Shown here one piece after another: positions 39,793 through 50,749 of a stretch of DNA of 64,000 nucleotides. A program made the translations under genes and the position numbers. This stretch comes from Gammaproteobacteria bacterium (lineage in GTDB: Bacteria > Pseudomonadota > Gammaproteobacteria > GCA-001735895), in assembly GCA_041688005.1 (NCBI GenBank), contig JBDNJA010000183.1, forward strand, positions 7,952 through 71,951, given 5' to 3'. The stretch's first letter is position 1; every line of letters starts with the position of its first letter. The notes beneath the pieces are model-generated. The model saw nothing but the letters and a program-made list of their open reading frames with translations. It was not told where the DNA came from and did not search any database.

Positions 39793-40728
39793 TTATGCTT
39801 TGGCAAACTCGATTCCTTTAGCAATATTGCCATCTAAAACTGGTTTCAGTTCAGTCAATAGCTTTTGCTCATAATCACTCAGTGCGGGTAGTGCAGGAAT
39901 AGATTCAACACCATTTTTACCCAGCTTTACCGGTTGGGCATGGAAGCTATCGGTATCTTCGCCTGTTTGGACATAGCAGCATTCAGTGACATCGTCACCA
40001 TTCATGGCAGCCACCAACGACATGGTAAAACGTGCCGCAGCCTGAGCCATAGACAAAGTCGCAGAACCCGCGCCAGCTTTCGCTTCGACGACTTCTGTGC
40101 CGGCTTCCTGAATACGCGGCGTTAGTGCTTCGATTTCAGCATCGCTTAATTCAACACCTTCAATACTAGACAGCAATGGCAAAATAGTAACGCCACTGTG
40201 TCCGCCAATGACGCTGACATTCACATCATCACAGCTCTTTCCCTTTAGTTCGGCAACGAAGGTCTTTGAACGAATAACGTCGAGTGTTGTTACACCAAAC
40301 AGCTTACGCTTGTCGTAAACACCGGCGGCCTTTAGAATTTCAGCCGCAATAGGTACGGTTGAGTTGACTGGATTGGTGACGATGGCATAACAGGCATTCG
40401 GGCAAACTTTGGTGCCAGCCGTGATTAGTTTTTTGACGATGCCAGCATTCATGTTGAATAGATCATCCCGAGTCATGCCTGGCTTGCGCGGAACACCCGC
40501 GGGAATGACAACAATATCAGCATCTGCCATGGCGGCTTCGACATCATCGCCAACAAATCCGGCAACAGACACATCAGTCGGGATGTGGCTAAGATCGACT
40601 GCAACACCGGGCGTAAATGGCGCGACATCATAAAGTGCTAATTCACTACCAGCCGGTAGTTGTAATTTCAATAGCAGAGATAGCGGTTGCCCGATTCCAC
40701 CTGCTGCACCTAGTACACAAACTTTCAT
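39793..40728 (-). CDS. mdh: Malate dehydrogenase (NAD-dependent, E. coli type)
   Basis: [21 protein letters not shown]... is near-identical in pattern to E. coli Mdh; start moved to the internal Met with an AAGAGG RBS. Confidence 0.9.
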   Translation of the reverse strand: MKVCVLGAAGGIGQPLSLLLKLQLPAGSELALYDVAPFTPGVAVDLSHIPTDVSVAGFVGDDVEAAMADADIVVIPAGVPRKPGMTRDDLFNMNAGIVKKLITAGTKVCPNACYAIVTNPVNSTVPIAAEILKAAGVYDKRKLFGVTTLDVIRSKTFVAELKGKSCDDVNVSVIGGHSGVTILPLLSSIEGVELSDAEIEALTPRIQEAGTEVVEAKAGAGSATLSMAQAAARFTMSLVAAMNGDDVTECCYVQTGEDTDSFHAQPVKLGKNGVESIPALPALSDYEQKLLTELKPVLDGNIAKGIEFAKA

Positions 40729-40989
40729 AATGAGCCTCTTTTGCGATGGGTATATTTTACTGATAGTAGAGCTTACTGACAATAGAATCTAAATTTTGAT
40801 AGCCGATACATCATATCGGCGCATCAGGATATTGACAAGAGATTGGCCGATGAGTGCCTAACTATTAATACACAGTATTGATTGTAGCCTTAATGTCGGC
40901 CATCGGCGGTAGACGTTTTTGGAATAACGATAGACAAAAATAAGCACTGCTTTATGCTGCCTAAAGCTTTTCTCAGCATTGACCCAAAA

Positions 40990-41463
40990 ATGAAAAAAAT
41001 TGCCCTCTTTGTTGATGTCCAGAACATCTATTACACAACCCGCCAGGCCTATGGACGTCAGTTCAACTATCGTGAGCTTTGGCAACGCGTTAGCTCAGAA
41101 GGCGATATAGTGTTAGCCAATGCCTATGCGATTGATCGGCATGACCAAAAGCAAGTTCAATTCCAGAACGTATTAAAAAACATTGGATTCACAATAAAGC
41201 TTAAACCCTATATCCAACGCAGCGATGGTACGTCTAAAGGCGACTGGGATGTGGGTATTACCATCGACATCATGCAAGCAGCGAAAGATGTCGATAGAGT
41301 TGTATTACTGTCGGGGGATGGTGATTTTGATTTGTTATTGCTGGAAATACGGCGATGTTTCGATGTCAGTACCGAAGTGTATGGCGTGCCGGCGCTCACT
41401 GCTCAGTCGCTAGTCAATGTAGCCAATATTTTTAACCCAATAAAAACTGATTTATTGCTATAG
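40990..41463 (+). CDS. NYN-domain (LabA-like) protein
   Basis: About 158 aa from MKKIALFVDVQN; NYN/LabA motifs (VLLSGDGDF). Confidence 0.65.
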   Translation: MKKIALFVDVQNIYYTTRQAYGRQFNYRELWQRVSSEGDIVLANAYAIDRHDQKQVQFQNVLKNIGFTIKLKPYIQRSDGTSKGDWDVGITIDIMQAAKDVDRVVLLSGDGDFDLLLLEIRRCFDVSTEVYGVPALTAQSLVNVANIFNPIKTDLLL

Positions 41464-41543
41464 GCTATCGCTGTATTTTATGGCCCATTTGATCGGAAAT
41501 TATTAACGTTACTTTTCATCCAAATAAAAGTGAAGGAAAACCA

Positions 41544-42506
41544 ATGAACTTACCCGTATTTAAATGCCTCGATGACATTCTAAAAGCAATGCCTGTTTAC
41601 AATGCCCAGGATGGCTATCATGCGATGTATTCCAGTATTTTTTCAGGCATTACTACAAACCCACAGCTAATGATGATCCCGGTGGATGATCATTTGGTTC
41701 ATCGTGGTGATGGTGTGTTTGAGGCTTTTCAAATGCTAGATGGCAGGGTTTACCTGCTCGATGATCATTTGAATCGGCTCGAAAGATCCGCTAAGGCTAT
41801 CGAGCTCGATCTTAGGCACAGCCAAGATGAAATCAAAGAAATATGCCAACAATTGATTGATAATTGTGGCCTCAGGAATGCTTTATTCAGGCTATATGCC
41901 TCTCGTGGCCCGGGTGGGTTTACCCCAAACCCCTACGATTCGATTGGCCCGCAAATGTACATTATTGTAACTAGCCTTCACCATCCTGATGAAAGTCGCT
42001 ATCAACAAGGCGTGAAAATTGGGTTTAGTAAAGTTGCAGTTAAAAGCGGTGGCCTGGCAAAAGTTAAAACATGTAATTACATTTCCAATGTTCAGATGAC
42101 AAAAGAGGCCATAGATAACGGTTATGACTTTGTGATTAATATTACCGATGACGGCTATTTGGGCGAGGGAGCAACTGAGAATATTGTTTTTCTAACACCC
42201 GAAAACGATTTGATTTTCTCCAGCTTTGATCACACATTGCGGGGCACGACGCTGCTACGTTTACAGGAATTATCAGGTGAATTAGTGAATCGCGGACTCA
42301 TTAGAGAAATGAAGGAGTCAAAGCAAAAAGTGGCTCAGTTAATGGACGCTAAAGAAGCCTTCATGATTGGAACCAGTCTCGATGCTTTGCCAATATCAGA
42401 AGTCGCCGGAAAACTTATCGGTGATGGTAAACCTGGGAAGGTAACCATCGCGGCTAGAAACTTACTTCATGAAGATCAAAAAGTAGGCGGGCATTGCCTG
42501 ATCTAA
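41544..42506 (+). CDS. Class IV (fold type IV) aminotransferase (BCAT/D-amino-acid aminotransferase/ADC lyase family)
   Basis: 320 aa with fold-IV PLP enzyme layout. Confidence 0.65.
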   Translation: MNLPVFKCLDDILKAMPVYNAQDGYHAMYSSIFSGITTNPQLMMIPVDDHLVHRGDGVFEAFQMLDGRVYLLDDHLNRLERSAKAIELDLRHSQDEIKEICQQLIDNCGLRNALFRLYASRGPGGFTPNPYDSIGPQMYIIVTSLHHPDESRYQQGVKIGFSKVAVKSGGLAKVKTCNYISNVQMTKEAIDNGYDFVINITDDGYLGEGATENIVFLTPENDLIFSSFDHTLRGTTLLRLQELSGELVNRGLIREMKESKQKVAQLMDAKEAFMIGTSLDALPISEVAGKLIGDGKPGKVTIAARNLLHEDQKVGGHCLI

Positions 42507-42599
42507 AAGAGGGTATTTGTTGTTGTAAACTGACGGATTCATTTAACGCCGCATGTTATCTGCTATCATGCGCGCCTTGCATCTTTGGCGATATAAACC

Positions 42600-43979
42600 G
42601 TGACCAACCAATTCTCATCTCTCTCGATCAAACCTGAATTACTCGCCAATATTGAGTTATTGGGCTACAAAGAAATGACGCCGATTCAGGCTCAGGGATT
42701 ACCTGTTTTATTACAGGGTGACGACCTGCTTGCTCAGGCCAAAACGGGCAGTGGTAAAACGGCTGCATTTGGTATCGGATTACTGAATAAGCTTGAGGCA
42801 CGCACTTATCAAACCCAGTCATTGGTACTTTGTCCGACCCGTGAGCTGGCGGATCAGGTGAGCAACGAAATTCGTCGAATCGCCCGCGCCGTTCCAAATA
42901 CTAAGATACTCACTTTGTGTGGTGGCAAACCGATGGGTGCGCAAGTCGCATCGCTAGAACGAGATCCGCATATTGTGGTTGGCACGCCGGGTCGAATTTT
43001 AAAGCATTTGCTCAAGGGCACCTTAAATCTCGATAATCTCAACACGTTAGTATTAGATGAAGCTGATCGCATGCTCGACATGGGTTTTTTAGAAGACATC
43101 ATGCTCATTACCGACAAGATGCCGCGTAAGCGACAAACCCTACTGTTCTCAGCTACTTACCCCGATGAAATTCGGAACATCAGTGGCATGGTGCAAAGAA
43201 ACCCAGTCGAGGTTCGAGTCGAAACTTCGCATCACAATCAACAAATCAAACAAGCCTTCTACGAAGTTCAGCGCGGTGAAAAAACAGCCGTATTAGTCGC
43301 ATTATTAGAGCATCACAGTCCTGAGTCGACGCTGGTATTCTGTAATCAGAAACAAACCTGCAAAGACCTGTGTGATGAACTGTGGAAGCATGGCTTTCAT
43401 GCCTGCACCTTGCATGGCGACTTAGAGCAGTTCGATCGTGACCAGGTATTGGTGCAATTTGCCAACAGGAGTAGCTCGGTTTTAATCGCAACCGATGTGG
43501 CCGCGCGCGGGCTGGATATTAAAGAGCTAGCAGCAGTCGTGAATTATGAATTAACACCAGATCCCGAGATACACGTACATCGGATAGGTCGCACAGGCCG
43601 AGCTGGTAAAGATGGATTAGCGCTGAGTTTATTTTACGCTGGTGAGCAATTTCGGGTGGATGCCATTGCGAAATATCAAGATAGTCCCGCGAATATCGAA
43701 AATCTCTCTTCTCTCAGCACAAGAGAGAATTTCAAGCTCAGCCCGCCCATGACCACACTGTTTATCAATGCTGGCCGTAAAGATAAAATACGCGCTGGTG
43801 ACATATTGGGCGCACTCACGGCTAACACCGATTTGCCGGGTAAGCGCATTGGTAAGATAGATATCTTCGATAAAATAGCCTATGTTGCAGTCGAACGTCA
43901 GGTAGCGAAGCAGGCGTTGAGCATTTTGACTGAAGGTAAAATAAAAGGCCGTAGTTTTAGAGCCAGAGCGTTACGTTAA
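42600..43979 (+). CDS. dbpA: ATP-dependent DEAD-box RNA helicase DbpA
   Basis: Q motif, Walker A AKTGSGKT, DEAD, SAT, HRIGRTGR, plus a C-terminal DbpA RNA-binding domain closely matching E. coli DbpA. Confidence 0.85.
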   Translation: MTNQFSSLSIKPELLANIELLGYKEMTPIQAQGLPVLLQGDDLLAQAKTGSGKTAAFGIGLLNKLEARTYQTQSLVLCPTRELADQVSNEIRRIARAVPNTKILTLCGGKPMGAQVASLERDPHIVVGTPGRILKHLLKGTLNLDNLNTLVLDEADRMLDMGFLEDIMLITDKMPRKRQTLLFSATYPDEIRNISGMVQRNPVEVRVETSHHNQQIKQAFYEVQRGEKTAVLVALLEHHSPESTLVFCNQKQTCKDLCDELWKHGFHACTLHGDLEQFDRDQVLVQFANRSSSVLIATDVAARGLDIKELAAVVNYELTPDPEIHVHRIGRTGRAGKDGLALSLFYAGEQFRVDAIAKYQDSPANIENLSSLSTRENFKLSPPMTTLFINAGRKDKIRAGDILGALTANTDLPGKRIGKIDIFDKIAYVAVERQVAKQALSILTEGKIKGRSFRARALR

Positions 43980-44041
43980 AAAGATAGGATTATCCGCTTT
44001 ACCTATTTGTTGCCGGGGCTTTAGTCCCGGATACCCACAGC

Positions 44042-44743
44042 CTATAAATCCTTTTGTCCACCGCCCAAACTATAGGGCAAATAATGCTCGATCAATCGAT
44101 TGGCATAGTCTTCGTGATCGGTAGCGGTTGCCTTAAATGTGGGGTGTTCCAAAACCGCTTTGTACCACTGATGGTAACGTCGCCAAACAGCAGTATCGGT
44201 CGGCACTTTGAAGTTTCGGCACTCGCCGAGTAGCGTTTCTATTCGAAACGCAAAGGGGAAAAATGCGATATCGACAGCTGACAATTCAGGACCATCAAAA
44301 AAGGGCCCTTTGTGATCCATTGCTTCAGCAATCGTGACAATCCCTTCTAACAGGTTCTCTCGCGATTGCGCCTGCTTTTGATCCACCTCGACCGCTTTTA
44401 AAAATTGATAAAAGTAAGGCACGATTTTATTGCCGATGTGATCCATCCAGTATTTTTGTTCTGCACGTTGATTTGGTTGGTCGGCAAATATTGGGTTTTG
44501 GGGTTGCAAATCCTCTAGATATTCGACTACCCGGTTTGATTCGACTATCGTCGTTTCACTGCCATCATCATTCGCTTGAATCACAACAGGCACCATTGCG
44601 GCACCGCGTGATATTGCCAACCAGGATTCAGTCTTATCGTAAGGATCAACTTCGATATAGTCGAAATCGATGTTCTTGTGCGCTAACGTCATCCACGCGC
44701 GTTGTGCGAAAGGGCAGTACCAAGCGGTATAAAATTTCATCAA
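44042..44743 (-). CDS. Glutathione S-transferase family protein
   Basis: 233 aa; N-terminal thioredoxin-like domain with a CPF active-site motif. Confidence 0.7.
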   Translation of the reverse strand: MMKFYTAWYCPFAQRAWMTLAHKNIDFDYIEVDPYDKTESWLAISRGAAMVPVVIQANDDGSETTIVESNRVVEYLEDLQPQNPIFADQPNQRAEQKYWMDHIGNKIVPYFYQFLKAVEVDQKQAQSRENLLEGIVTIAEAMDHKGPFFDGPELSAVDIAFFPFAFRIETLLGECRNFKVPTDTAVWRRYHQWYKAVLEHPTFKATATDHEDYANRLIEHYLPYSLGGGQKDL

Positions 44744-44781
44744 CCTTCCTTAATCAACCTATCAGGCTGGTGTTATCGAAA

Positions 44782-45285
44782 TTATTCACTAGCCAAAAGC
44801 CTAGACATGAACCCTTCGAAAAGGCTTTCAACTGCTTCGACTACGTCATTCAATGCATGGTCGCCGGCAATCAGATGCAACGTGCTATTAGCCTGCTGGG
44901 CAAATTTAATTGGATGTTCGACAGGAATAATGTCGTCAGACCATCCGTGAACAATTTCTATCCAGGGTGACAATGAATTATGTTGCTGCTGTTTAAAGCT
45001 GGGGATATAAAGCGCAGGCGCCATCAAAAATAGCGCCTTTGTCGCAACGAATTCGGATGCAACCAGGGAGACATACCCACCCATACTAGAGCCGACTAGT
45101 ATGGCAGGTTCGGTTTGAGTTTCTAAAACGGTTAGCAAGCGCTCGACTCGCGAGTCTGGGTTCATCAGGCTGGTGTAGTCGATGCTTTCAACGCTACAGC
45201 CCATTTGCTCTGCGATTGCTGCTAAACGCTTTATCTTAAATCCCCAGGGGCCGCTTTCCTTGCCATGCGAGAAGATAACTTTCAT
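44782..45285 (-). CDS. YqiA-like alpha/beta hydrolase (esterase, UPF0227)
   Basis: 167 aa with GSSMGG nucleophile elbow. Confidence 0.6.
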   Translation of the reverse strand: MKVIFSHGKESGPWGFKIKRLAAIAEQMGCSVESIDYTSLMNPDSRVERLLTVLETQTEPAILVGSSMGGYVSLVASEFVATKALFLMAPALYIPSFKQQQHNSLSPWIEIVHGWSDDIIPVEHPIKFAQQANSTLHLIAGDHALNDVVEAVESLFEGFMSRLLASE

Positions 45286-45324
45286 TGGAGAGCCCAGGGA
45301 ACGTGTTATTAAGTCCGATTGAAT

Positions 45325-45558
45325 TTAGGCGTTCAACATCATCAATAATGACTGTGCGTGTTCCTCTGCCTCTGCTCCGAGTGGAGTCAAATATCCGCCA
45401 TCAACCTGAGTAATAAAGCCAGCATCAAATAAACGCTGTGCAGCCGCAATGACGGAAGGATCAGCCGTTTTATGAATTTTGATACCCTCCAGACTAGCGG
45501 ATGACTTATAGCGTATCAGCAAATTAATTTCGGCGAGATTTTCTGTGGAATAAGACAT
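45325..45558 (-). CDS. hypothetical small protein
   Basis: 77-aa ORF with protein-like composition. Confidence 0.4.
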   Translation of the reverse strand: MSYSTENLAEINLLIRYKSSASLEGIKIHKTADPSVIAAAQRLFDAGFITQVDGGYLTPLGAEAEEHAQSLLMMLNA

Positions 45559-45776
45559 TTAAACTCCTCAATGTTTATGATGCGTCGGTAATCCGAGCGG
45601 TTACCAAATCTTACATTAAAACAGACTTTTGAATAGGCAAGATTGTGATTGATCTTGATCATAGATGATAACTCAGCATTCGCGGAACAACGCATTTTTA
45701 GATCTGCCCTTAGGATTACTCAGGACATTAATTACCAGATATACTGCAAGCCTCTCAATTCACCAATGGAACAACC

Positions 45777-46079
45777 ATGAATGTACTCATCGATATTTGC
45801 ATTATTCCTTTAGGCGTTGGTGTCTCGGTCTCTCAATACGTCGTAGCATGTGAAAAGATATTTCAGGCTGCTGGGCTAAGCCACCAAATGCATTCCTATG
45901 GTACCAATGTCGAAGGTGAATGGGACGATGTGATGGCTGCAGTAAAACAATGCCATGAAAAACTACATGATATGGGCGCACCGCGAATTAGTAGCTCTAT
46001 GAAGGTTGGCACTCGAACGGATCGTGTTCAGACCATGCAGGATAAAATCGATAGTGTTCGCTCGAAGATGGAGGACTGA
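45777..46079 (+). CDS. MTH1187/YkoF-family protein
   Basis: 100 aa, characteristic size and N-terminus. Confidence 0.6.
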   Translation: MNVLIDICIIPLGVGVSVSQYVVACEKIFQAAGLSHQMHSYGTNVEGEWDDVMAAVKQCHEKLHDMGAPRISSSMKVGTRTDRVQTMQDKIDSVRSKMED

Positions 46080-46199
46080 AATACTTCACTATCATAGGTA
46101 TGCCTTCATATTAGCAGTATCTATCACACCCAAGCGTGATCTGCGGTGAATGCCCTGCTTTCGCTTTCGATTACTATTTTTATATCACTTGAACGTGGG

Positions 46200-46787
46200 T
46201 TAACGATAATTCTCGGGGAAAAATTCGCGCTCGACTAACTCAATCAGGGTATGAATCACTTTGATGTGAATCTCCTGCACACGATCAGCAAAGTCACTGG
46301 GTCCTGCATGGATATCGCAGTCGACCAGCTTACCGGCGGCTGTATTGGCAGGACCAGTGAGACTGATGACGTGAATGTTATTTTGTTTGGCGTACTCGAT
46401 AGCCTTGATAACATTTTTACTTGTGCCACTGGTGCTGATGGCAAGTAAGCAATCCCCGGTATTGGCATTAGCCTCAAGGTATCGAGAGAAAATATGCTCA
46501 TAGCCAAAGTCGTTAGCGACGCAAGTAATATGGCCGGGATCACTGATTGCGGTTGCCGATAATCCGCCCCGATTTTTGCGGTATCTGCCTGATAACTCTT
46601 CGGCGAAGTGCATCGCATCGCTCATCGAACCGCCATTACCACAGCTATAAATCGAACCACGATTCTTGAGTGTTTCGATTAAAAGACGAGCGCCATTTTC
46701 GATATTAGTCATATTGTCAGCATTGGAAAGAAACGCGGTCAGCATGTTCTGGCTTTGATTTAAAGAATTTAAAATATGCGTTTTCAC
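46200..46787 (-). CDS. SIS-domain protein, phosphoheptose isomerase GmhA/DiaA family
   Basis: 195 aa; SIS motifs (GNGGS...AISTSG). Confidence 0.7.
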   Translation of the reverse strand: MKTHILNSLNQSQNMLTAFLSNADNMTNIENGARLLIETLKNRGSIYSCGNGGSMSDAMHFAEELSGRYRKNRGGLSATAISDPGHITCVANDFGYEHIFSRYLEANANTGDCLLAISTSGTSKNVIKAIEYAKQNNIHVISLTGPANTAAGKLVDCDIHAGPSDFADRVQEIHIKVIHTLIELVEREFFPENYR

Positions 46788-46912
46788 AGAGTTCCCTCAA
46801 TTGGCAGTGGTCATTATCGGTTCGCTTTAAACTAGTGTAGCGGGGAAGTCATAAACAATCTAATGACAATTGTTCGATGACCGACTCTTCCCTTCCATCC
46901 GCGGTTTAACTC

Positions 46913-47785
46913 ATGTATAAGGCCGATATGAAAATTCCCAAACGAATACGCCCACTGGTCGAAAACGGTTTAGTCGACGAAGTGATCCGACCTTTGATGA
47001 GCGGGAAAGAAGCTGATGTTTTTATCGTACGCTGTGGCTCAGAGATCCGTTGTGCGAAAATATACAAGGAAGCCGAAAAACGAGCGTTCAAGCAAGCCGT
47101 AACCTACCAGGAAGGCCGAAAAGTTCGCAACAGCCGTCGCGCCCGCGCAATGGAAAAAGGCTCAAGATTCGGTCGCGAACAACAAGAAGAAGTCTGGCAA
47201 TCCGCAGAGGTATCTGCGCTCTACAAACTAGCCGAAATCGGCGTTCGCGTACCTAAACCATACGGTTGTTTCGATGGCGTATTATTAATGGAGCTAATCA
47301 CCTATGGCGGTGAAGAAGTTGCACCTCGCCTAAACGATGTCTCCATGACAGAGGAACAAGCGCTGGTGGATCATAAAACGCTCATGCACGACGTCATGCG
47401 TATGCTCTGCGCCGGTTTAGTTCATGGTGACCTGTCGGAGTTTAATGTGCTCATTGACGATAATGGCCCCGTCATTATCGACCTGCCGCAAGCCGTTGAT
47501 GCCGCCGCAAATAATAATGCCGAAAGCATGCACCGCCGCGATGTCGAAAACATTACCAACTACTACGCGCAATACGCACCCGAACTAAGCAACAGTCACT
47601 ATGCCCAAGAAATGTGGGCGCTATTTGAAGCGGGTGACTTACACCCCAACACCGAACTCACTGGACAGTTTGAAGAAAGCACCGAGTCAGCCGATGTCGA
47701 TACCGTTCTGGAAGAAATCAAACAGGCGTTTATTGAAGAGCAAAATCGATTGGAGAGAATTCGAGAATCGGAGGCAGTGGGTTAG
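46913..47785 (+). CDS. RIO1-like serine/threonine protein kinase (PA4780 family)
   Basis: 290 aa; RIO-type kinase motifs (LVHGDLSEFNVL, IDLPQAV). Confidence 0.65.
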   Translation: MYKADMKIPKRIRPLVENGLVDEVIRPLMSGKEADVFIVRCGSEIRCAKIYKEAEKRAFKQAVTYQEGRKVRNSRRARAMEKGSRFGREQQEEVWQSAEVSALYKLAEIGVRVPKPYGCFDGVLLMELITYGGEEVAPRLNDVSMTEEQALVDHKTLMHDVMRMLCAGLVHGDLSEFNVLIDDNGPVIIDLPQAVDAAANNNAESMHRRDVENITNYYAQYAPELSNSHYAQEMWALFEAGDLHPNTELTGQFEESTESADVDTVLEEIKQAFIEEQNRLERIRESEAVG

Positions 47786-48163
47786 GCTGGGGTTTGAGGT
47801 ATTGCATTAACTGTAGTGGCTCAGGCTTAATCGGACAGGGTTGTTAATAGGTCGTGATTTGAGCAGGCTATGTCTATTTTATACAAAGCAGTCATTCCTG
47901 ACGGATCGTCGTCAATGCCAGATTTGGTCAAATAAGTGGACGTTCCCGATAGTGCCTGAAACAGGTTCTTCGCGGCACGCAGTGGAGTATCATCTTCGTA
48001 CGAAAATATTATCAAATAAGAATTAAGTTAACTGCCACCTTAGTTTTCATCGATTATTTGGAATAGTGGTTATTACAATATTTGGTCGTGAGATATTCAC
48101 TGGTGCCTTCTGATAGCATGCTGTCAGTTTCATGTAGTAAAAAAACCAGGCAACAACCAGAGA

Positions 48164-49387
48164 CTACTCCGTTACCAATCGACGCACCGGTGCTTCTTTG
48201 ATCGGCCAGTGAACAATGGCGGCAAAAATCCCAAGTGCAACGCCTAACCACCAAACGGTATCGTAGGTCCCGGTTATATCGTAAAGAACTCCTCCTAACC
48301 AGACTCCAAGAAATGATCCTAGTTGATGCGAAAAGAATATGATCCCACCCAGCGTGCCCAAATAGCGGGTGCCGAACATAACAGCTACCAACGCATTAGT
48401 TGGTGGAACCGTTGAGAGCCACAATATCCCCATAATAATCGAGAATATGACCACGCTGACCGCGGTCTGAGGCAGCAATAAAAATAATGCCACCAGTATT
48501 GATCGAGCCAGATAAATCCATGACAATAAAATGGGCTTTGAATATTTCTGCCCGAGCACACCAGAAGCAAGCGATCCGATAATATTAAAAAAACCGATCA
48601 GGCTGATAGCGATGACAGCCCATTTTGCTTCAATACCAATATCGCTAATATAGGCTGGGAAATGGGCGGTAATAAACGCCACCTGAAACCCACATACAAA
48701 AAAGCCGGCCGCCAGTAAAACATAACCTCGAGTAGCAAATGCTTCTGAAATAACCTCAGAAAATGTTTGTTGGATTTCCTGGTTCGACACTTTTGAAGTT
48801 GATGCGTTTCCACGTAATGGTATGGCAAGTAGCGGTATCAGTCCCATAAACATTGCAACGTAAATCAGACTGTCCCCCCAACCATAAGCATCGATCAATC
48901 CCTGTGAAATCGGAGCGAACAGAAACATTCCAGCAGAACCAGCCGCGGTGCCCAGACCAAACGCCAGAGACCGTTTATCGGCACTGACCATACGGGCAAG
49001 TGAAGCCAGGATAACACCGAAAGAACAGGCTGCTACCCCCAGACCAACCAGGAGACCACCTCCGATATGCAACCAGAGTGGAGATGGAGCAATTGACATG
49101 CACACCAAACCGGAGGCATAGAGGACAGTTCCGACTGCTAAAACTCGCCAGGTGCCAAAACGATCGGAAATAGCGCCAAAAAAGGGCTGACCTAATCCCC
49201 AGCACAAATTTTGCAGTGCCATGGCCATCGCAAAAGTCGTTCGATCCCAACCCGTGTCCTGAAGCATCGGCAGTTGATAAAAACCCATTGCCGATCTTGG
49301 CCCAAAAGCCAACAAAGAAATAATACAGGCGCAAGTTATCGCGAGGAAAGGAATTGATACGGGAGAAGCAGTTTTGGTATGCGACAT
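48164..49387 (-). CDS. MFS transporter
   Basis: 407 aa, 12 TM, MFS signature loops. Confidence 0.75.
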   Translation of the reverse strand: MSHTKTASPVSIPFLAITCACIISLLAFGPRSAMGFYQLPMLQDTGWDRTTFAMAMALQNLCWGLGQPFFGAISDRFGTWRVLAVGTVLYASGLVCMSIAPSPLWLHIGGGLLVGLGVAACSFGVILASLARMVSADKRSLAFGLGTAAGSAGMFLFAPISQGLIDAYGWGDSLIYVAMFMGLIPLLAIPLRGNASTSKVSNQEIQQTFSEVISEAFATRGYVLLAAGFFVCGFQVAFITAHFPAYISDIGIEAKWAVIAISLIGFFNIIGSLASGVLGQKYSKPILLSWIYLARSILVALFLLLPQTAVSVVIFSIIMGILWLSTVPPTNALVAVMFGTRYLGTLGGIIFFSHQLGSFLGVWLGGVLYDITGTYDTVWWLGVALGIFAAIVHWPIKEAPVRRLVTE

Positions 49388-49638
49388 ACAGTACAGAAAT
49401 TATAAAGCCCTAACCATAGATGTCAATATTCACAATCATCTCCTTTATCCTAGATTACTCAGTTAAAAAAAGAGTTACACATAGATATGACGCCATCTCA
49501 ATTTGCCGAACGCGGTCGAATAATGTTGTCACCGCCGCTTTATGATTGGTATTAATGTCAGGCACTATCGAAATCTATTTAGATTTCTGACATGTCAAGT
49601 CTGGGCTACTACACATTAACATTGCCTCATAGCGATTT

Positions 49639-50712
49639 TCAAATAACCCCACCCGATAATTGATACAGCCAGGCTGTAGAAATAGAGCCCACTAGCCCAA
49701 GCAAAATATACAGTGCAAAAACAGGTTTCTTAACCAAGGCAAACACCGCAATGGCTGCGGGAATTGATGACACTGCGCCTGCTGTTATAAATGCCATGGC
49801 AGCGCCAGGTGTCATGCCAATTTCGAGTAAACCTGAGATGAGCGGTATTGCGGCGTAACCATTTAAATACGACGGCGCACCCACGATGGCGGCTAGTGGA
49901 ATGGCGAAAAAATTGTCTTCACCAACATATTGCACAATCCAGTCTGACGATACATAGGCTAGCATCAGGCTTTCGAGAAAGAATGCCAGCGCTAGCCATT
50001 TACCGAGAAATCGAGCGATTGAGAAAGACTCATCAAAGAAAACTTTTTTGCGATCAGCATCCTGCCAAAATCTCCATTTTACTACTGGATTTTTATCAGG
50101 CCCACAAGACGTGGCGCATGCATTAGCTACCTGAGTTTGCAATGGGTTTGATAGAAAGCCGTAACGTTGAATTAATAAAACAGTGAAACCTGCAAATAGC
50201 CCCATCATTATAGTCGCGATAGTTTTGGCGACCGCAAAATTGAATCCAATACCAGCTGCGGTAAGGATAAACATTTCAGGGTCCATAATGGGAGAGGCTA
50301 TCCAGAATGCCATCACTGGTGCCAGTGGTACGCCGGCGCCGAGCATTGCGGCTATGAGCGGAATGACACCGCAGGAGCAAAATGGAGATAAAGCACCAAC
50401 AAATGCAGCCAAAATAGTGGCTCTGACTGGGTTGCCGGTAAAAACCTGAGCAATGAGTGAGCTGGCATTGGTGCCGGTTGCATAGGCAGCGAATAGGATA
50501 GCTAAGAGAAAGAAGGGCAGCATCTCCCAAAGCGAACTTGCGGTGAATACCAAACTTTGAAAAATTTGGGACTGATCAGCAAACACAAGAATTAGCATGG
50601 TAAGCAGAATACCTATGAACACCTTGTCTCTAAATAATCCGAGTGAAACACTGGTTATGATGGCTAAAATACTGCGTTCAGGATTTTTAGACGGTCTAAT
50701 TGATTTTTCCAT
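49639..50712 (-). CDS. arsP: DUF318 permease, ArsP-like organoarsenical efflux permease
   Basis: Membrane protein with the conserved SPFCSCGVIPL CxC motif of ArsP/DUF318 permeases; start probably at MEKSIRPS, avoiding overlap with the upstream ArsR gene. Confidence 0.55.
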   Translation of the reverse strand: MEKSIRPSKNPERSILAIITSVSLGLFRDKVFIGILLTMLILVFADQSQIFQSLVFTASSLWEMLPFFLLAILFAAYATGTNASSLIAQVFTGNPVRATILAAFVGALSPFCSCGVIPLIAAMLGAGVPLAPVMAFWIASPIMDPEMFILTAAGIGFNFAVAKTIATIMMGLFAGFTVLLIQRYGFLSNPLQTQVANACATSCGPDKNPVVKWRFWQDADRKKVFFDESFSIARFLGKWLALAFFLESLMLAYVSSDWIVQYVGEDNFFAIPLAAIVGAPSYLNGYAAIPLISGLLEIGMTPGAAMAFITAGAVSSIPAAIAVFALVKKPVFALYILLGLVGSISTAWLYQLSGGVI

Positions 50713-50749
50713 ATTACTAGAAACCTCGTAATAAAGTGATAAAAAAATA

